A stretch of DNA of 52,702 nt from positions 62,001-114,702 of the forward strand of contig CAZWDO010000014.1 in the NCBI GenBank assembly GCA_964632485.1, in the 5' to 3' direction. This stretch comes from an uncultured bacterium. GTDB taxonomy: Bacteria; JAGOEH01. The notes beneath the pieces were generated by a model that was given only the letters and a program-made list of their open reading frames with translations, had not been told where the DNA came from and searched no databases. A program made the position numbers and the translations under genes. Position 1 is the stretch's first letter; each line of letters starts with the position of its first letter. Positions 17,591 to 27,658 of this stretch are shown one piece after another.

Positions 17591-18232
17591 TTGTCTAATA
17601 AACGTCTATTTGCCTGCCCGGAGCCCACATTGCGGCGTTTACCGGCCTATTGTCATTTTTTAAGAGAAAAACTTGCGAGTGGACGAGATATCATTTCCTG
17701 TACGCATATCTCGCGTGCTTTCAAACTGGACCCGACACAGGTTCGCAAGGATTTGGAAGTAACGGGAATCGTCGGTAAGCCCAAAGTTGGGTATGAAGTG
17801 CGGGTTTTAATTGATTCGATTGAAGAGTTTTTAGGATGGAAGAATTTAACGGATGCATTTTTAGCGGGGGTTGGCCATTTAGGAATGGCATTATTGAAAT
17901 ACGAGCGGTTTCAGGAGTATGGGTTGCGGATTGTCGCGGGATTTGATAGCGATCCGTCAAAGATCGGGCAAATCATCAGCCACCGCCAAGTTTTATCGAT
18001 TGCTAAATTGACTGATTTAGCGTTGAGAATGCATATTCATATCGGGATTATTGCGGTTCCCGGAGAACATGCCCAATCTGTTGCGCAGTCGATGATTGAA
18101 GGCGGAGTTCGCGCAATCTGGAATTTTGCTCCGGTCAATCTGGAATTGCCGGATGATGTTGTTCTTGAAAATGTTTTTTTATCGTCGAGTCTGGCCGTAC
18201 TATTCAATCGGTTACGGCAGCGGAACAATTAA
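17591..18232 (+). CDS. rex: Redox-sensing transcriptional repressor Rex
   Basis: PTLRRLPAY, QVRKDL, GKPKVGY, GVGHLG, AIWNFAP. Start moved to TTG 17591 (RBS AAGGAAGG) because the track start 17519 is the -35 box. Confidence 0.92.
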   Translation: MSNKRLFACPEPTLRRLPAYCHFLREKLASGRDIISCTHISRAFKLDPTQVRKDLEVTGIVGKPKVGYEVRVLIDSIEEFLGWKNLTDAFLAGVGHLGMALLKYERFQEYGLRIVAGFDSDPSKIGQIISHRQVLSIAKLTDLALRMHIHIGIIAVPGEHAQSVAQSMIEGGVRAIWNFAPVNLELPDDVVLENVFLSSSLAVLFNRLRQRNN

Positions 18233-18241
18233 TAAGGAGTA

Positions 18242-18739
18242 ATGATGGAAAAGACGATCTTGGTTCGTAAGTTCGAAAAGGTTTGCGCGATATTGGATCG
18301 ATTTGATCGCAATCCGTCGAAGTTGATTCCGATTCTTCAAGCGGTTCAGGAAGAGTATCGATATCTGCCGGAGGACGTAATGACATTTATTGCGACCTCC
18401 CTGGGATTGCCCCCGGCGCGGGTATATGGGGTGGCGACTTTTTATTCGCATTTCACCCTGGAGCCTAAGGGGAAATATGTTGTCCGGGTGTGTGATGGAA
18501 CCGCTTGTCATGTTAAGCACTCCATTCCAATACTGGAAGCGGTGCGGAAGCGGTTAAAGCTGGCGGGAGATACGCATACAACACCTGATATGCTATTTAC
18601 AGTTGAAACGGTTTCCTGTTTAGGCGCTTGCGGGTTAGCGCCGGTAATGGTAATTAATGAGGATGTTTACGGTCAACTTACGCCGGAATTGGCGGTACAG
18701 TTAGTCGATACAATCATTGAACGGGAGGAACGGAAATGA
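18242..18739 (+). CDS. NuoE-like [2Fe-2S] subunit of bifurcating [FeFe] hydrogenase (gamma)
   Basis: LIPILQAVQEEYRYLP, GVATFY, CDGTAC, CLGACG. Confidence 0.92.
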   Translation: MMEKTILVRKFEKVCAILDRFDRNPSKLIPILQAVQEEYRYLPEDVMTFIATSLGLPPARVYGVATFYSHFTLEPKGKYVVRVCDGTACHVKHSIPILEAVRKRLKLAGDTHTTPDMLFTVETVSCLGACGLAPVMVINEDVYGQLTPELAVQLVDTIIEREERK

Positions 18740-20637
18740 TACATGATTTATCACAATTGGAACTGATGAAAGATACCTGGGAGAAATCGGTGGCTCGATT
18801 AAGAAAACGGATTGTGATTTGCGCGGGAACCGGTTGTGTGGCTAACGGATCATTGAAAGTATTTGCGGAGTTTCAGCAAAAGCTACCGGCCTTGGGATTG
18901 GCGGTGGTGGTTGAATTGAAAAAGGAAGCCGAAGATGCCACGTATGTTTCAAAAAGCGGTTGTCAGGGATTTTGTCAACGGGGACCTTTGGTGACGATTC
19001 TTCCCGACAATATTTTATACACGCGTGTCAGCGTGAATGATGTGGATCAAATCATTCATGAGACGATCATCAAGGGAGAAGTTGTGGACCGTCTGCTCTA
19101 TGTGGAGCCGGGAAGTGGCCGCGCCTGTCGCAATGAAGAAGAGATTCCTTTTTATCGTCGTCAGAGTCGCATGGTATTAAAGGAATGTGGCTATATTGAT
19201 CCGGAGGACGTCAATGAATATGTAGCGGGTGGGGGATATGCGGCCGCCAGGAAGGCAATTTGCGAGATGTCGCCTCAGGCTGTTTGCGAGGAATTGCTTT
19301 GTTCAGGATTGCGGGGACGGGGCGGTGGCGGCTTTCCCACTGGTCGCAAATGGGAATTGACGCGGGTCCAACCCGGCGCTAAAAAATATGTAATCTGTAA
19401 TGGGGATGAGGGCGACCCGGGGGCGTTTATGGATCGTAGCGTTATGGAAGGGAACCCCCATCGGGTGATTGAGGGGATGATGATTGCTGCGCGGGCAATT
19501 GGCGCTGATGAAGGATATGTTTATGTGCGGGCAGAGTATCCTCTTGCAGTAAAGCGAATTCGTCGGGCGATTGAGGATGCGCGCCGGTCAGGGATTCTGG
19601 GGGAGCGTATTTTTAATGCTGATTTTACGTTTAATTTGCAGGTCATGGAAGGCGCCGGCGCGTTTGTCTGCGGTGAGGAAACTGCTTTGATCAGTTCGAT
19701 TGAAGGCAAGCGCGGGATGCCGAATCCGAAGCCGCCCTTTCCGGCGCAATCGGGACTTTGGGGCAAGCCCACTGTCATTAACAATGTAGAAACCTTAGCC
19801 ACGGTTCCCCTGGTTATTCAAAAGGGAGCTCAGGAATTTCGCAAACAAGGTACGGAAAACTCCCCGGGTACTAAGACATTCGCTGTTACCGGCCATATTG
19901 CCAATACGGGTTTGATTGAAGTGCCTTTTGGCGCCACCCTGCGGGAAGTCGTTTACAATATTGGAGGCGGTGTTACTAATGACCAGGGTGAAATCACCGG
20001 GGATGGCTTTAAAGCCGTCCAGATCGGGGGACCTTCCGGGGGGTGTCTGACCGATGAACATCTGGATCTCCCGTTGGATTTCGATTCACTGAAATCGATT
20101 GGCGCGATGATCGGTTCCGGGGGATTGGTGGTTATGAATCGTCAAACCTGCATGGTGCAGGTGGCGCGTTTTTTTATGCAGTTCACTCAGAATGAATCGT
20201 GCGGGAAATGTGTTTTGTGTCGGGAAGGCACGAAACAGATGCTCGTTTTGCTGGATGATATCATTGAAGGTCGCGCAACGGCGAAGACCCTGCAGCATTT
20301 AGAAGAAGTAGCAGTCGCTGTCCAGAAAGGCTCGCTGTGTGGTCTGGGTAAGACGGCTCCCAATCCAGTAATTTCGACCCTGCGCCATTTTCGCTACGAA
20401 TATGAAGCCCATGTATTTCAGAAACGGTGTCGTACTGGCCGATGTAAAGCGTTGACCGTTGTTCGCATCGATCCGGACAAGTGTCGCGGGTGTACGCTAT
20501 GCAGCCGAAAATGCCCGGTGGGAGCCATAAATGGAGAGAAAAAACAACCACACTCTATCGATTCTGATTTGTGCATTAAATGCGGTGAATGCGCCCGGGT
20601 TTGCAAATTTAACGCCATTATTGGAATAGGAGCCTAA
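18736..20637 (+). CDS. NuoF-like NADH/FMN-binding subunit of bifurcating [FeFe] hydrogenase (beta)
   Basis: N-terminal 2Fe-2S (CAGTGC..GCQGFC), GLRGRGGGGF, NGDEGDPG, FVCGEETAL, ESCGKCVLCREG, two C-terminal 4Fe-4S motifs. Confidence 0.95.
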   Translation: MIHDLSQLELMKDTWEKSVARLRKRIVICAGTGCVANGSLKVFAEFQQKLPALGLAVVVELKKEAEDATYVSKSGCQGFCQRGPLVTILPDNILYTRVSVNDVDQIIHETIIKGEVVDRLLYVEPGSGRACRNEEEIPFYRRQSRMVLKECGYIDPEDVNEYVAGGGYAAARKAICEMSPQAVCEELLCSGLRGRGGGGFPTGRKWELTRVQPGAKKYVICNGDEGDPGAFMDRSVMEGNPHRVIEGMMIAARAIGADEGYVYVRAEYPLAVKRIRRAIEDARRSGILGERIFNADFTFNLQVMEGAGAFVCGEETALISSIEGKRGMPNPKPPFPAQSGLWGKPTVINNVETLATVPLVIQKGAQEFRKQGTENSPGTKTFAVTGHIANTGLIEVPFGATLREVVYNIGGGVTNDQGEITGDGFKAVQIGGPSGGCLTDEHLDLPLDFDSLKSIGAMIGSGGLVVMNRQTCMVQVARFFMQFTQNESCGKCVLCREGTKQMLVLLDDIIEGRATAKTLQHLEEVAVAVQKGSLCGLGKTAPNPVISTLRHFRYEYEAHVFQKRCRTGRCKALTVVRIDPDKCRGCTLCSRKCPVGAINGEKKQPHSIDSDLCIKCGECARVCKFNAIIGIGA

Positions 20638-20639
20638 AC

Positions 20640-22676
20640 ATGAATCAGACAGTTCATATCGACGGTAAAGAAGTCATAATAAATGGAGAGCGCAACCTTC
20701 TTGAGCTGATCCGTAAGGCGCATATTGATCTGCCGACATTTTGCTATCATTCGGAATTGAGTATCTACGGAGCGTGTCGCCTTTGTTTAGTGGATATTGA
20801 CGGACGGGGTATCCAGGCCGCCTGTTCAACGCCGCCTGAAGCGGGGATGCGAATTTTAACCCATACGGACGAAATCCGTTCCATTCGCCGCGTGGCAGTA
20901 GAATTATTGTTGGCGAATCATGAGCAAACGTGCCCGACTTGCCAACGCAGTTCCGATTGTCGTTTGCAGGATATTGCCCGTCGTTTGGGGATTCATGAGG
21001 TTAGATTCCAATCCACCCTAAAACAGCAAGAAAAAGATATTTCGACACTTTCGCTGGTTCGGGACCCCAACAAATGCATCCTGTGTGGCGATTGCGTCCG
21101 AATGTGCTCAGAGATACAGGGAATTGGCGCCATCGATTTTTCGGGTCGGGGAGCCAATGTACGTGTCGTACCAGCTTTCAACAAGGATCTATCGCAAGTG
21201 GAATGCGTTTATTGCGGCCAGTGCTCGGCGGTTTGTCCCACTGGCGCCTTGACGGTTCGCTCCGAAATCGATGATGTTTGGAAAATGATTCATGATCCCG
21301 TCAAAAAAGTTGTCGTACAAATCGCGCCGGCAGTCAGGGTCGCTTTAGGGGAAATGTTCGGTTATCCTCCCGGGGAAGTGACAATTGGCCGTATTGTTGC
21401 CGCCTTAAGGCAAATTGGATTCGACAAAGTCTATGATACGTCGTTTGCCGCCGATTTGACGGTTATTGAAGAAGCCAATGAATTTCTTACGCGGAAAAAA
21501 AATGGCGACCATTTGCCCCAATTCACATCCTGCTGTCCCGCCTGGGTTAAATTTGCGGAACAATACTATCCGCAATATTTAAGTCATCTTTCCTCATGTA
21601 AGTCGCCGCAGCAAATGTTTGGTTCATTGACCAAAAAGAGTTTGCCGGCCCAGTTGAACTGCGCGCGTGAAAATCTGGTGGTTGTTTCGATTATGCCTTG
21701 CAGCGCAAAGAAGTTTGAGGCTCGCCGGAGGGAATTTATGAACGGTGAGTTGGCGGATGTCGATTTTGTGCTGACAACGCGGGAATTGGGCCGGATGATC
21801 GAAGAAGCCGGAATAAAATTTCATAAACTGGTACCGGAATCGTTAGATTTACCTTATGGGTTTAAAACTGGCGCCGGAGTGATTTTCGGCGCTTCAGGCG
21901 GGGTCAGTGAAGCTGTATTGCGTTATGCCGTAGGACAGCTAAACGGCCGCCACGGCGAAAATATTGAGTTTCCTCAACTCCGGAATGATGAAGGCATTCG
22001 AGAATATGCTATTGATTTGGATGGAACGCCTTTGAAACTGGCTATAGTGTACGGGTTGGCTAATGCTCGGAAAATTCTGGAAAAACTAAAAGCCGGAACT
22101 GTTCAATACGATCTGGTAGAGGTCATGGCCTGTCCTGGCGGATGCGTAGGAGGAGCCGGGCAACCGATTGCCGAAGATCAGGAAACCCGCGCGTTGCGCG
22201 CGGAAGGAATTTATATCGCCGATAAAACACTTCAGGTTCATCGCTCCCAGGATAATCCCTATGTAGCTGAGAGCTACCGCGACATCATCGGCGAAATAAA
22301 CGGACATGGAGCGCATGAATTGCTACATACTCAGTTTTACACTCGGAAACGAATGTCCGATGAGGGTTTGCCCTTAATTTCCGGTGATGAGGAACTGCGG
22401 ATTGGTTTGAGTGTTTGCGTTGGTACCAGTTGTTACCTCAAGGGGTCTCAGGATTTGCTGCATAATTTGATACAAGTGATTGAAGAACGTGATCTGGAAG
22501 ATTGGGTAGAAGTTAAAGCTACATTCTGTTTTGAACGATGCGATCGCGGGCCCACTGTCAGAATTGGCGATCAGATTATCGAAAAATGCACATTTGAAAA
22601 AGCGCTGGATGCCCTGGAAACAGAGCTGAAAAAAATCGGCGCGCCCATCGCTGAAGGGAGCGCTTGTGGAACGTGA
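20640..22676 (+). CDS. hydA: [FeFe] hydrogenase group A catalytic subunit (alpha) with C-terminal [2Fe-2S] domain
   Basis: H-cluster motifs TSCCPAW, MPCSAKKFE, EVMACPGGCVGGAGQP; N-terminal Fe-S domains; C-terminal CVGTSC..CFERC. Confidence 0.95.
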   Translation: MNQTVHIDGKEVIINGERNLLELIRKAHIDLPTFCYHSELSIYGACRLCLVDIDGRGIQAACSTPPEAGMRILTHTDEIRSIRRVAVELLLANHEQTCPTCQRSSDCRLQDIARRLGIHEVRFQSTLKQQEKDISTLSLVRDPNKCILCGDCVRMCSEIQGIGAIDFSGRGANVRVVPAFNKDLSQVECVYCGQCSAVCPTGALTVRSEIDDVWKMIHDPVKKVVVQIAPAVRVALGEMFGYPPGEVTIGRIVAALRQIGFDKVYDTSFAADLTVIEEANEFLTRKKNGDHLPQFTSCCPAWVKFAEQYYPQYLSHLSSCKSPQQMFGSLTKKSLPAQLNCARENLVVVSIMPCSAKKFEARRREFMNGELADVDFVLTTRELGRMIEEAGIKFHKLVPESLDLPYGFKTGAGVIFGASGGVSEAVLRYAVGQLNGRHGENIEFPQLRNDEGIREYAIDLDGTPLKLAIVYGLANARKILEKLKAGTVQYDLVEVMACPGGCVGGAGQPIAEDQETRALRAEGIYIADKTLQVHRSQDNPYVAESYRDIIGEINGHGAHELLHTQFYTRKRMSDEGLPLISGDEELRIGLSVCVGTSCYLKGSQDLLHNLIQVIEERDLEDWVEVKATFCFERCDRGPTVRIGDQIIEKCTFEKALDALETELKKIGAPIAEGSACGT

Positions 22677-24429
22677 ACAGCGGCCTGGTCAGATTGTATA
22701 TACCAATAAGGCCCGGTGCCGGGATTGTTATCGTTGCGTGCGTGTTTGTCCGGTTAAAGCGATTCGAATGTGTGATGGGCAGGCTTATGTGGTTGAAGAG
22801 CGTTGCATCGCTTGCGGCACATGTATCCGTGAATGCCCCCAGAAGGCAAAAAGCTTTCGCAATGACATTGAACGGGTTATCCGCTTGCGCGATCGTAATT
22901 CATCTCTTGCGGTCAGTATTGCCCCTTCCTTTGCCGCTGTTTTTGAGGAATGGGAGCAGAAACGTTTGCCTTCGGCATTGCGAAAGCTGGGATTCGACTA
23001 TGTGGCGGAAACCGCTCAGGGAGCATTCTTTGTAGCAGAGGCCAGCCATCGCCATGCCGCGAGTCATGCGAATCAATCGTGGATTACAACGGCCTGTCCG
23101 GCTGTTGTAAACTTTATCCGGGACTACCAACCCCAATACCTGGATTTATTGATTCCGGTCGTTTCTCCTATGGTCGCTCATGCCCGGCATTTAAAGCAAT
23201 TTTTGGGAGAAAGCGTCAAAGTCGTTTTTATTGGACCGTGTGTTGCAAAAAAAGCCGAAGCTGAGGAACCAATCGCTGCGCAATGGGTTGACGCTGTATT
23301 GACATTTAGTGAATTGCAGGAATGGATGGATAATGAGAATTTGTCCCTTTCCGAACTTGAGGAGAGTGGTTTCGATGAAGGAGCCATAGGCAATTCACGT
23401 TATTTCCCCCTGTTAGGAGGCTTGGCAAAAACTGCCAGGGTTGATACGGACTCGTTATCTCCGCATGTTATGGCATTGAGTGGCATTGATGAGTTGACTG
23501 AGTTGGCGGAACATCTTTCGGGAAATAAAAACTCTCTGTTTATTGAACCCCTTTTTTGCCGCCATGGTTGCATCAATGGACCGGCTATCCACCGCCCTCG
23601 TAATTTGTTTTATCGTCGCCAGGCGTTGATGAACTACGCGGACACTCATCCGGGAAGCAACCGAACCGCAGATACTTGGATTGAGATGAATACCCGGTTC
23701 CAGTTAGAAGCGGGACGAGTGGCGCAAACATTTAGTGAGGACAGAATTCGGCAGGTTCTGGGAGAAATCGGACAAGTTAATGAAGCCGACCAGCTCAACT
23801 GTGGAGCGTGTGGATACCCGACCTGCCGCGATCGCGCAGTCGCTGTGCTGCAAGGCATGGCGGTTCCCGAAATGTGTATTCCCTATATGCGGCGCTTGGC
23901 TGAAAGGCGGACCGATAAAATTATCGAGTCAAGCCCTAATGGAATTGTCATTTTGGATGACCAGTTACGAATACTAAGTATGAATCCCGCATTCCGCCGT
24001 AATTTTATGTGTTCCGAAGCCGTTTTGGGAAAACCCATCGCCTATTTGATTGATCCGGATCCGTTTGAACAGTTGTCCAGTGGCGCCCAGGAGTTGATAG
24101 AAGCTACCGTAAAGTACGATCAGTATCATATTATTTGTCATCAAATTATGTATCAATTACAGCAGGAAAGACAGTTCGTAGGGATTTTTGTCAATGTCAC
24201 CCATGTAATTAGCAATCAGCAGAATTTGGCGCAATTACGGGAGCAAACAGTCGATAAAGCCAGGGCTTTGTTAGCCCATCAGGTTTCCATGGCCCAGCAA
24301 CTCACCAAATTTTTGGGCGAAAGCACCGCGGAAGGTGAAGAACTGGTAGCGCATTTGTTGCGACTGGCTGAGACTGAACCGGATGCTTCAGTAAAAGGAC
24401 AGATATGGGAAACTTATACATTGAAGTAG
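22666..24429 (+). CDS. Sensory (group C) [FeFe] hydrogenase with PAS domain, HydS/HfsB-like
   Basis: Variant motifs TTACPAV, GPCVAKKAE, EPLFCRHGCINGP; CGACGYPTC Fe-S domain; PAS (SPNGIVILD..MNPAF). Confidence 0.9.
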   Translation: MEREQRPGQIVYTNKARCRDCYRCVRVCPVKAIRMCDGQAYVVEERCIACGTCIRECPQKAKSFRNDIERVIRLRDRNSSLAVSIAPSFAAVFEEWEQKRLPSALRKLGFDYVAETAQGAFFVAEASHRHAASHANQSWITTACPAVVNFIRDYQPQYLDLLIPVVSPMVAHARHLKQFLGESVKVVFIGPCVAKKAEAEEPIAAQWVDAVLTFSELQEWMDNENLSLSELEESGFDEGAIGNSRYFPLLGGLAKTARVDTDSLSPHVMALSGIDELTELAEHLSGNKNSLFIEPLFCRHGCINGPAIHRPRNLFYRRQALMNYADTHPGSNRTADTWIEMNTRFQLEAGRVAQTFSEDRIRQVLGEIGQVNEADQLNCGACGYPTCRDRAVAVLQGMAVPEMCIPYMRRLAERRTDKIIESSPNGIVILDDQLRILSMNPAFRRNFMCSEAVLGKPIAYLIDPDPFEQLSSGAQELIEATVKYDQYHIICHQIMYQLQQERQFVGIFVNVTHVISNQQNLAQLREQTVDKARALLAHQVSMAQQLTKFLGESTAEGEELVAHLLRLAETEPDASVKGQIWETYTLK

Positions 24430-25565
24430 GCTCGATGCAGAGCGCCAAAAAAAACGGATCGTTGTGCGGGGATTTAGTCAGCGCTGTTAGAACTCCCTAT
24501 GCCACAACATTGATTGTGGCCGATGGTTTGGGAAGCGGTTGCCGGGCGCATCTTTCAGCGACTATGTATGTTGCGCGTATGTCGCGTCTGCTGCAATTGG
24601 GATTCTCTTTCCGACAAGCATTTTCGCGAATTATCGAGACTCTCCATGCTGTTCGGGGTGGGGATTCTCCTTATACAGCCCTGACAGCGGTAAATATTTT
24701 AAACGATGGGGTGGCCACGGTGTTGAGTTATGAAATGCCACCCCCTGTCTGGATTGGCTACCGGCTGGCTTCCCCGGTTGTGTTGCGTTCGATTATATCA
24801 AATAATGCTGTTTTCGCTGAAGGTTACGCCCAATTGGAACCCGGCGAGGGTATTCTGGTAGTAAGCGACGGGATTACACAATCCGGTATTGGCTTGGGCA
24901 GGGGTGACGGATGGGGGATTGATGGAGTCGTCAAGTTTCTCAATGATCATCTTAGTCAGGGGGTCGGCTGGCGGCAACTCCCTGGATTAGTTCATCTGCA
25001 GGCCCGACGGAATTGGGGTGAGCATAGTGGAGATGATTGCACGGTAAGTATGGCGTTGGCTCGCCATGAAGTTGCTGTAAAAATAGTAACGGGTCCGCCG
25101 CTTGATCGGCATCAGGATATATCTGTTATTCAAAACCTGCTGGAGTTTGAAGGAGAGCGCGTGATTTGCGGAGCGACAACAGCCAAGATTGCCGCCCGAT
25201 GTGTCGGAAAAAATCTTAGGGTGCAGCAAGGGAAAATTCCGGCATGGGCCCCTCCCCGCTATTATTTAGAGGGCTTCGATGTTGTGACCGAAGGGGCAAT
25301 CACTTTAAACCAGGTCTATAATATGTGGGAGGAGGAGCTGGAGGGGCAAACCCCCGAATCAATAGAAGAAAATAGTTCTTTATTGCTGTTACACTTATTG
25401 AAGCAGGCGGATCGGGTCCTTTTCACCGTTGGAATGGCCGCTAATCCGGCCAATGAGCATCTGTCGTTTCAACAGGTAGGGCTGATGAAACGAAAGGAAA
25501 TTGTCTATCTTTTGTCGGAAAAACTGCGAGCTTCCGGGAAAATTGTGACTATTGAATTTGTGTAA
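24405..25565 (+). CDS. SpoIIE-family Ser/Thr phosphatase linked to sensory hydrogenase (HfsC-like)
   Basis: CGD, ADGLGSG, VSDGITQSG, GDDCTV, TGPP, VICGATTA, VTEGAITL. Confidence 0.88.
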   Translation: MGNLYIEVGSMQSAKKNGSLCGDLVSAVRTPYATTLIVADGLGSGCRAHLSATMYVARMSRLLQLGFSFRQAFSRIIETLHAVRGGDSPYTALTAVNILNDGVATVLSYEMPPPVWIGYRLASPVVLRSIISNNAVFAEGYAQLEPGEGILVVSDGITQSGIGLGRGDGWGIDGVVKFLNDHLSQGVGWRQLPGLVHLQARRNWGEHSGDDCTVSMALARHEVAVKIVTGPPLDRHQDISVIQNLLEFEGERVICGATTAKIAARCVGKNLRVQQGKIPAWAPPRYYLEGFDVVTEGAITLNQVYNMWEEELEGQTPESIEENSSLLLLHLLKQADRVLFTVGMAANPANEHLSFQQVGLMKRKEIVYLLSEKLRASGKIVTIEFV

Positions 25566-25597
25566 ACCGAAAACTCGGAGTTTTTTTAAAATATGGC

Positions 25598-25625
25598 TTG
25601 ACATTTAAAAAAAAATTGCTATATT
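25598..25625 (+). promoter_or_regulatory. Sigma70 promoter of rplU-rpmA
   Basis: TTGACA-16 nt-TATATT with TG extension. Confidence 0.75.
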
Positions 25626-25667
25626 AACACCTCTGAACCATTTTTATAAAAGAGGAGGAATATCCCT

Positions 25668-26012
25668 ATGTATGCCATCGTATCCGCTCAAGGTGTGCAA
25701 TACAAAGTTCATGAAGGAATGAAAATTCGCGCCGACTATATAATCGACGATAATCTGGAAGAATTAGCGGCTGGAACTCAACTTACGATTCCAACCGTCA
25801 TTATGCTTTCGACTGGAGAACATTCGATTTTTGGCAAACCTGTCATTGAGGGCGCTGCTGTCGAAGCTGAAGTCGTGAACTATAGTAAAGGTGAAAAAAT
25901 TGTTGTGTTTAAGAAAAAACGTCGTAAAGGCTATTCCAAAAAACAGGGACATCGCCAAAAATATACGATGCTGAAGATTAACAAAATCAATGTACCGGAA
26001 GGTTTGTTCTAA
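25668..26012 (+). CDS. rplU: 50S ribosomal protein L21
   Basis: MYAIV..QYKV, KIVVFKKKRRKGY.KKQGHRQKYT. Confidence 0.97.
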   Translation: MYAIVSAQGVQYKVHEGMKIRADYIIDDNLEELAAGTQLTIPTVIMLSTGEHSIFGKPVIEGAAVEAEVVNYSKGEKIVVFKKKRRKGYSKKQGHRQKYTMLKINKINVPEGLF

Positions 26013-26028
26013 CTTAGGAGATTGAATT

Positions 26029-26286
26029 ATGGCTCATAAAAAAGGTGTCGGAAGCTCCCGCAATGGTCGGGATAGTAATAGCCAGAGGTTAGGGATCAAG
26101 GTCCATGACGGGCAGATCATTCGGACTGGGGGAATTATTATCAGACAGCGTGGGACTGCTATCCATCCCGGGTCGAATGTTGGCAAAGGGAAAGATGATA
26201 CGTTGTTTGCCCTGGCTGATGGTATTGTCCGATTTGAACGATTTGGCGATTGCAAAAAGCGCGTCTGCGTATATCCTGTTGAATAA
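26029..26286 (+). CDS. rpmA: 50S ribosomal protein L27
   Basis: [30 protein letters not shown]. Confidence 0.98.
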   Translation: MAHKKGVGSSRNGRDSNSQRLGIKVHDGQIIRTGGIIIRQRGTAIHPGSNVGKGKDDTLFALADGIVRFERFGDCKKRVCVYPVE

Positions 26287-26296
26287 AAAAATTAGA

Positions 26297-26325
26297 AGGG
26301 CCGCTGTTTTACGGCGGCCTTTATT
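26297..26325 (+). terminator. Rho-independent terminator after rpmA
   Basis: AGGGCCGCTGT-TTT-ACGGCGGCCTT then TATT. Confidence 0.7.
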
Positions 26326-26333
26326 GCAGGTTT

Positions 26334-27584
26334 ATGGAACAACTTGAAGTACTAAATCTAATTGCTGACATCTCTTTTCAAATTTCACAAAATCCCGATA
26401 TCAATTTAGTGTTGAATAGTGTATTGGATAATATTCAATCCGTACTCCATGCGAACCGCACTTCGATTATGTTTCCCGACGAGAACCGCGAGTTTCTATA
26501 TATCAAGGCGGGGCAAGGTTTCGAGCAGGGGGCGATAGGCGCCATCCGGGTAAAATTCTGGCAGGGTATTGCCGGCTATGTGGCTGCTACCCAGACGCCG
26601 TTATTTTTAACGCACGCCGATGATTTCGCGCGTTTTGGCATCACTCATGATCCCCTTCGCTACAAACAGATGTCAGCTATCAGCGTGCCAATTATCTACA
26701 AACAAACCTTATTGGGTGTTTTAAATTTAAATGATAAAAGTGAAGGCAATCTTTTTACCGAATTGGATTTCACTTTGGCGCAAATTATTTCGAATCAAGC
26801 GGCCATTGCGATCAACAATTCAATTATGATGCAGCATTATTCGGAAAAAGTGCGTCTGGAGCAATCGATCCTTATTGCCCGTGAAATTCAACAACATTTT
26901 TTCCCCAAGGAATCGCCGTTTATTGACGGCTTTGAAATTGAAAGCTGGGCTAAAACATGTGATGAAACCGGGGGAGATTATTACGATTATATCAAATATT
27001 ACGATCATAGTCTGGCTTTTGTAATCGGCGATGTTGCCGGTCATGGCATTGGCGCTGCTTTGGTTATGGCTTCCGCTCGCGCAGCTTTGCATGCATTTGT
27101 CGAGAATGAACACGATATTAAACAAGTATTTTATAAATTGAATAATTTGTTAGAAAGCAATCTCGAGTATTCCAATTTTATGACCATGCTGATTCTTTTA
27201 CTGGATATTCCCAACAACAGTTTTCGCTATATCAGCGCGGGTCATGAAGGCCCCGTGTTTTACCAGGCGAAAACGGATACTATTAAGATTTTTCCCAGTT
27301 CCGGCCTGGCGATGGGTATTATGAATAATATACAGTATGGCCTTTCAGAGCCCATTAAGATGGCTTCCGGTGATTTTCTCATGCTTCTTACGGATGGCCT
27401 GTTTGAAGTGCATAATAAAAAGCAGGAAATTCTCGGTTTGCCGCGTCTTCTCTCTTTTATCAGAAAACATGGAAAACTCTCTATGATTGAATTAAAGCAA
27501 AAATTAATTGATTTCTGGTTGGAATTTCGGACTGATATGCCTCAGGAAGATGATATTTCTTTAGTTTTAATTAAAAAAAATTAA
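26334..27584 (+). CDS. GAF + SpoIIE/PP2C phosphatase (RsbU-like)
   Basis: GAF (GIAGYVA, LGVLNLNDK, FTELD); GGDYYD, GDVAGHG, SAGHE, TDGLFE, EDDIS. Confidence 0.92.
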   Translation: MEQLEVLNLIADISFQISQNPDINLVLNSVLDNIQSVLHANRTSIMFPDENREFLYIKAGQGFEQGAIGAIRVKFWQGIAGYVAATQTPLFLTHADDFARFGITHDPLRYKQMSAISVPIIYKQTLLGVLNLNDKSEGNLFTELDFTLAQIISNQAAIAINNSIMMQHYSEKVRLEQSILIAREIQQHFFPKESPFIDGFEIESWAKTCDETGGDYYDYIKYYDHSLAFVIGDVAGHGIGAALVMASARAALHAFVENEHDIKQVFYKLNNLLESNLEYSNFMTMLILLLDIPNNSFRYISAGHEGPVFYQAKTDTIKIFPSSGLAMGIMNNIQYGLSEPIKMASGDFLMLLTDGLFEVHNKKQEILGLPRLLSFIRKHGKLSMIELKQKLIDFWLEFRTDMPQEDDISLVLIKKN

Positions 27585-27602
27585 ACACTGTAAAAATTTA
27601 TC

Positions 27603-27631
27603 TTGACAGCTTCATCTTTTTTTATTATTCT
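27603..27631 (+). promoter_or_regulatory. Sigma70 promoter upstream of flgM
   Basis: TTGACA-17 nt-TATTCT. Confidence 0.6.
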
Positions 27632-27658
27632 ATTTGGTAAAGACGAAACAAAGGTGCA

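Noticed and set aside
18242..20637. Complex I nuoE/nuoF
   Set aside because: Followed by an H-cluster hydrogenase, with no membrane nuo genes in the window
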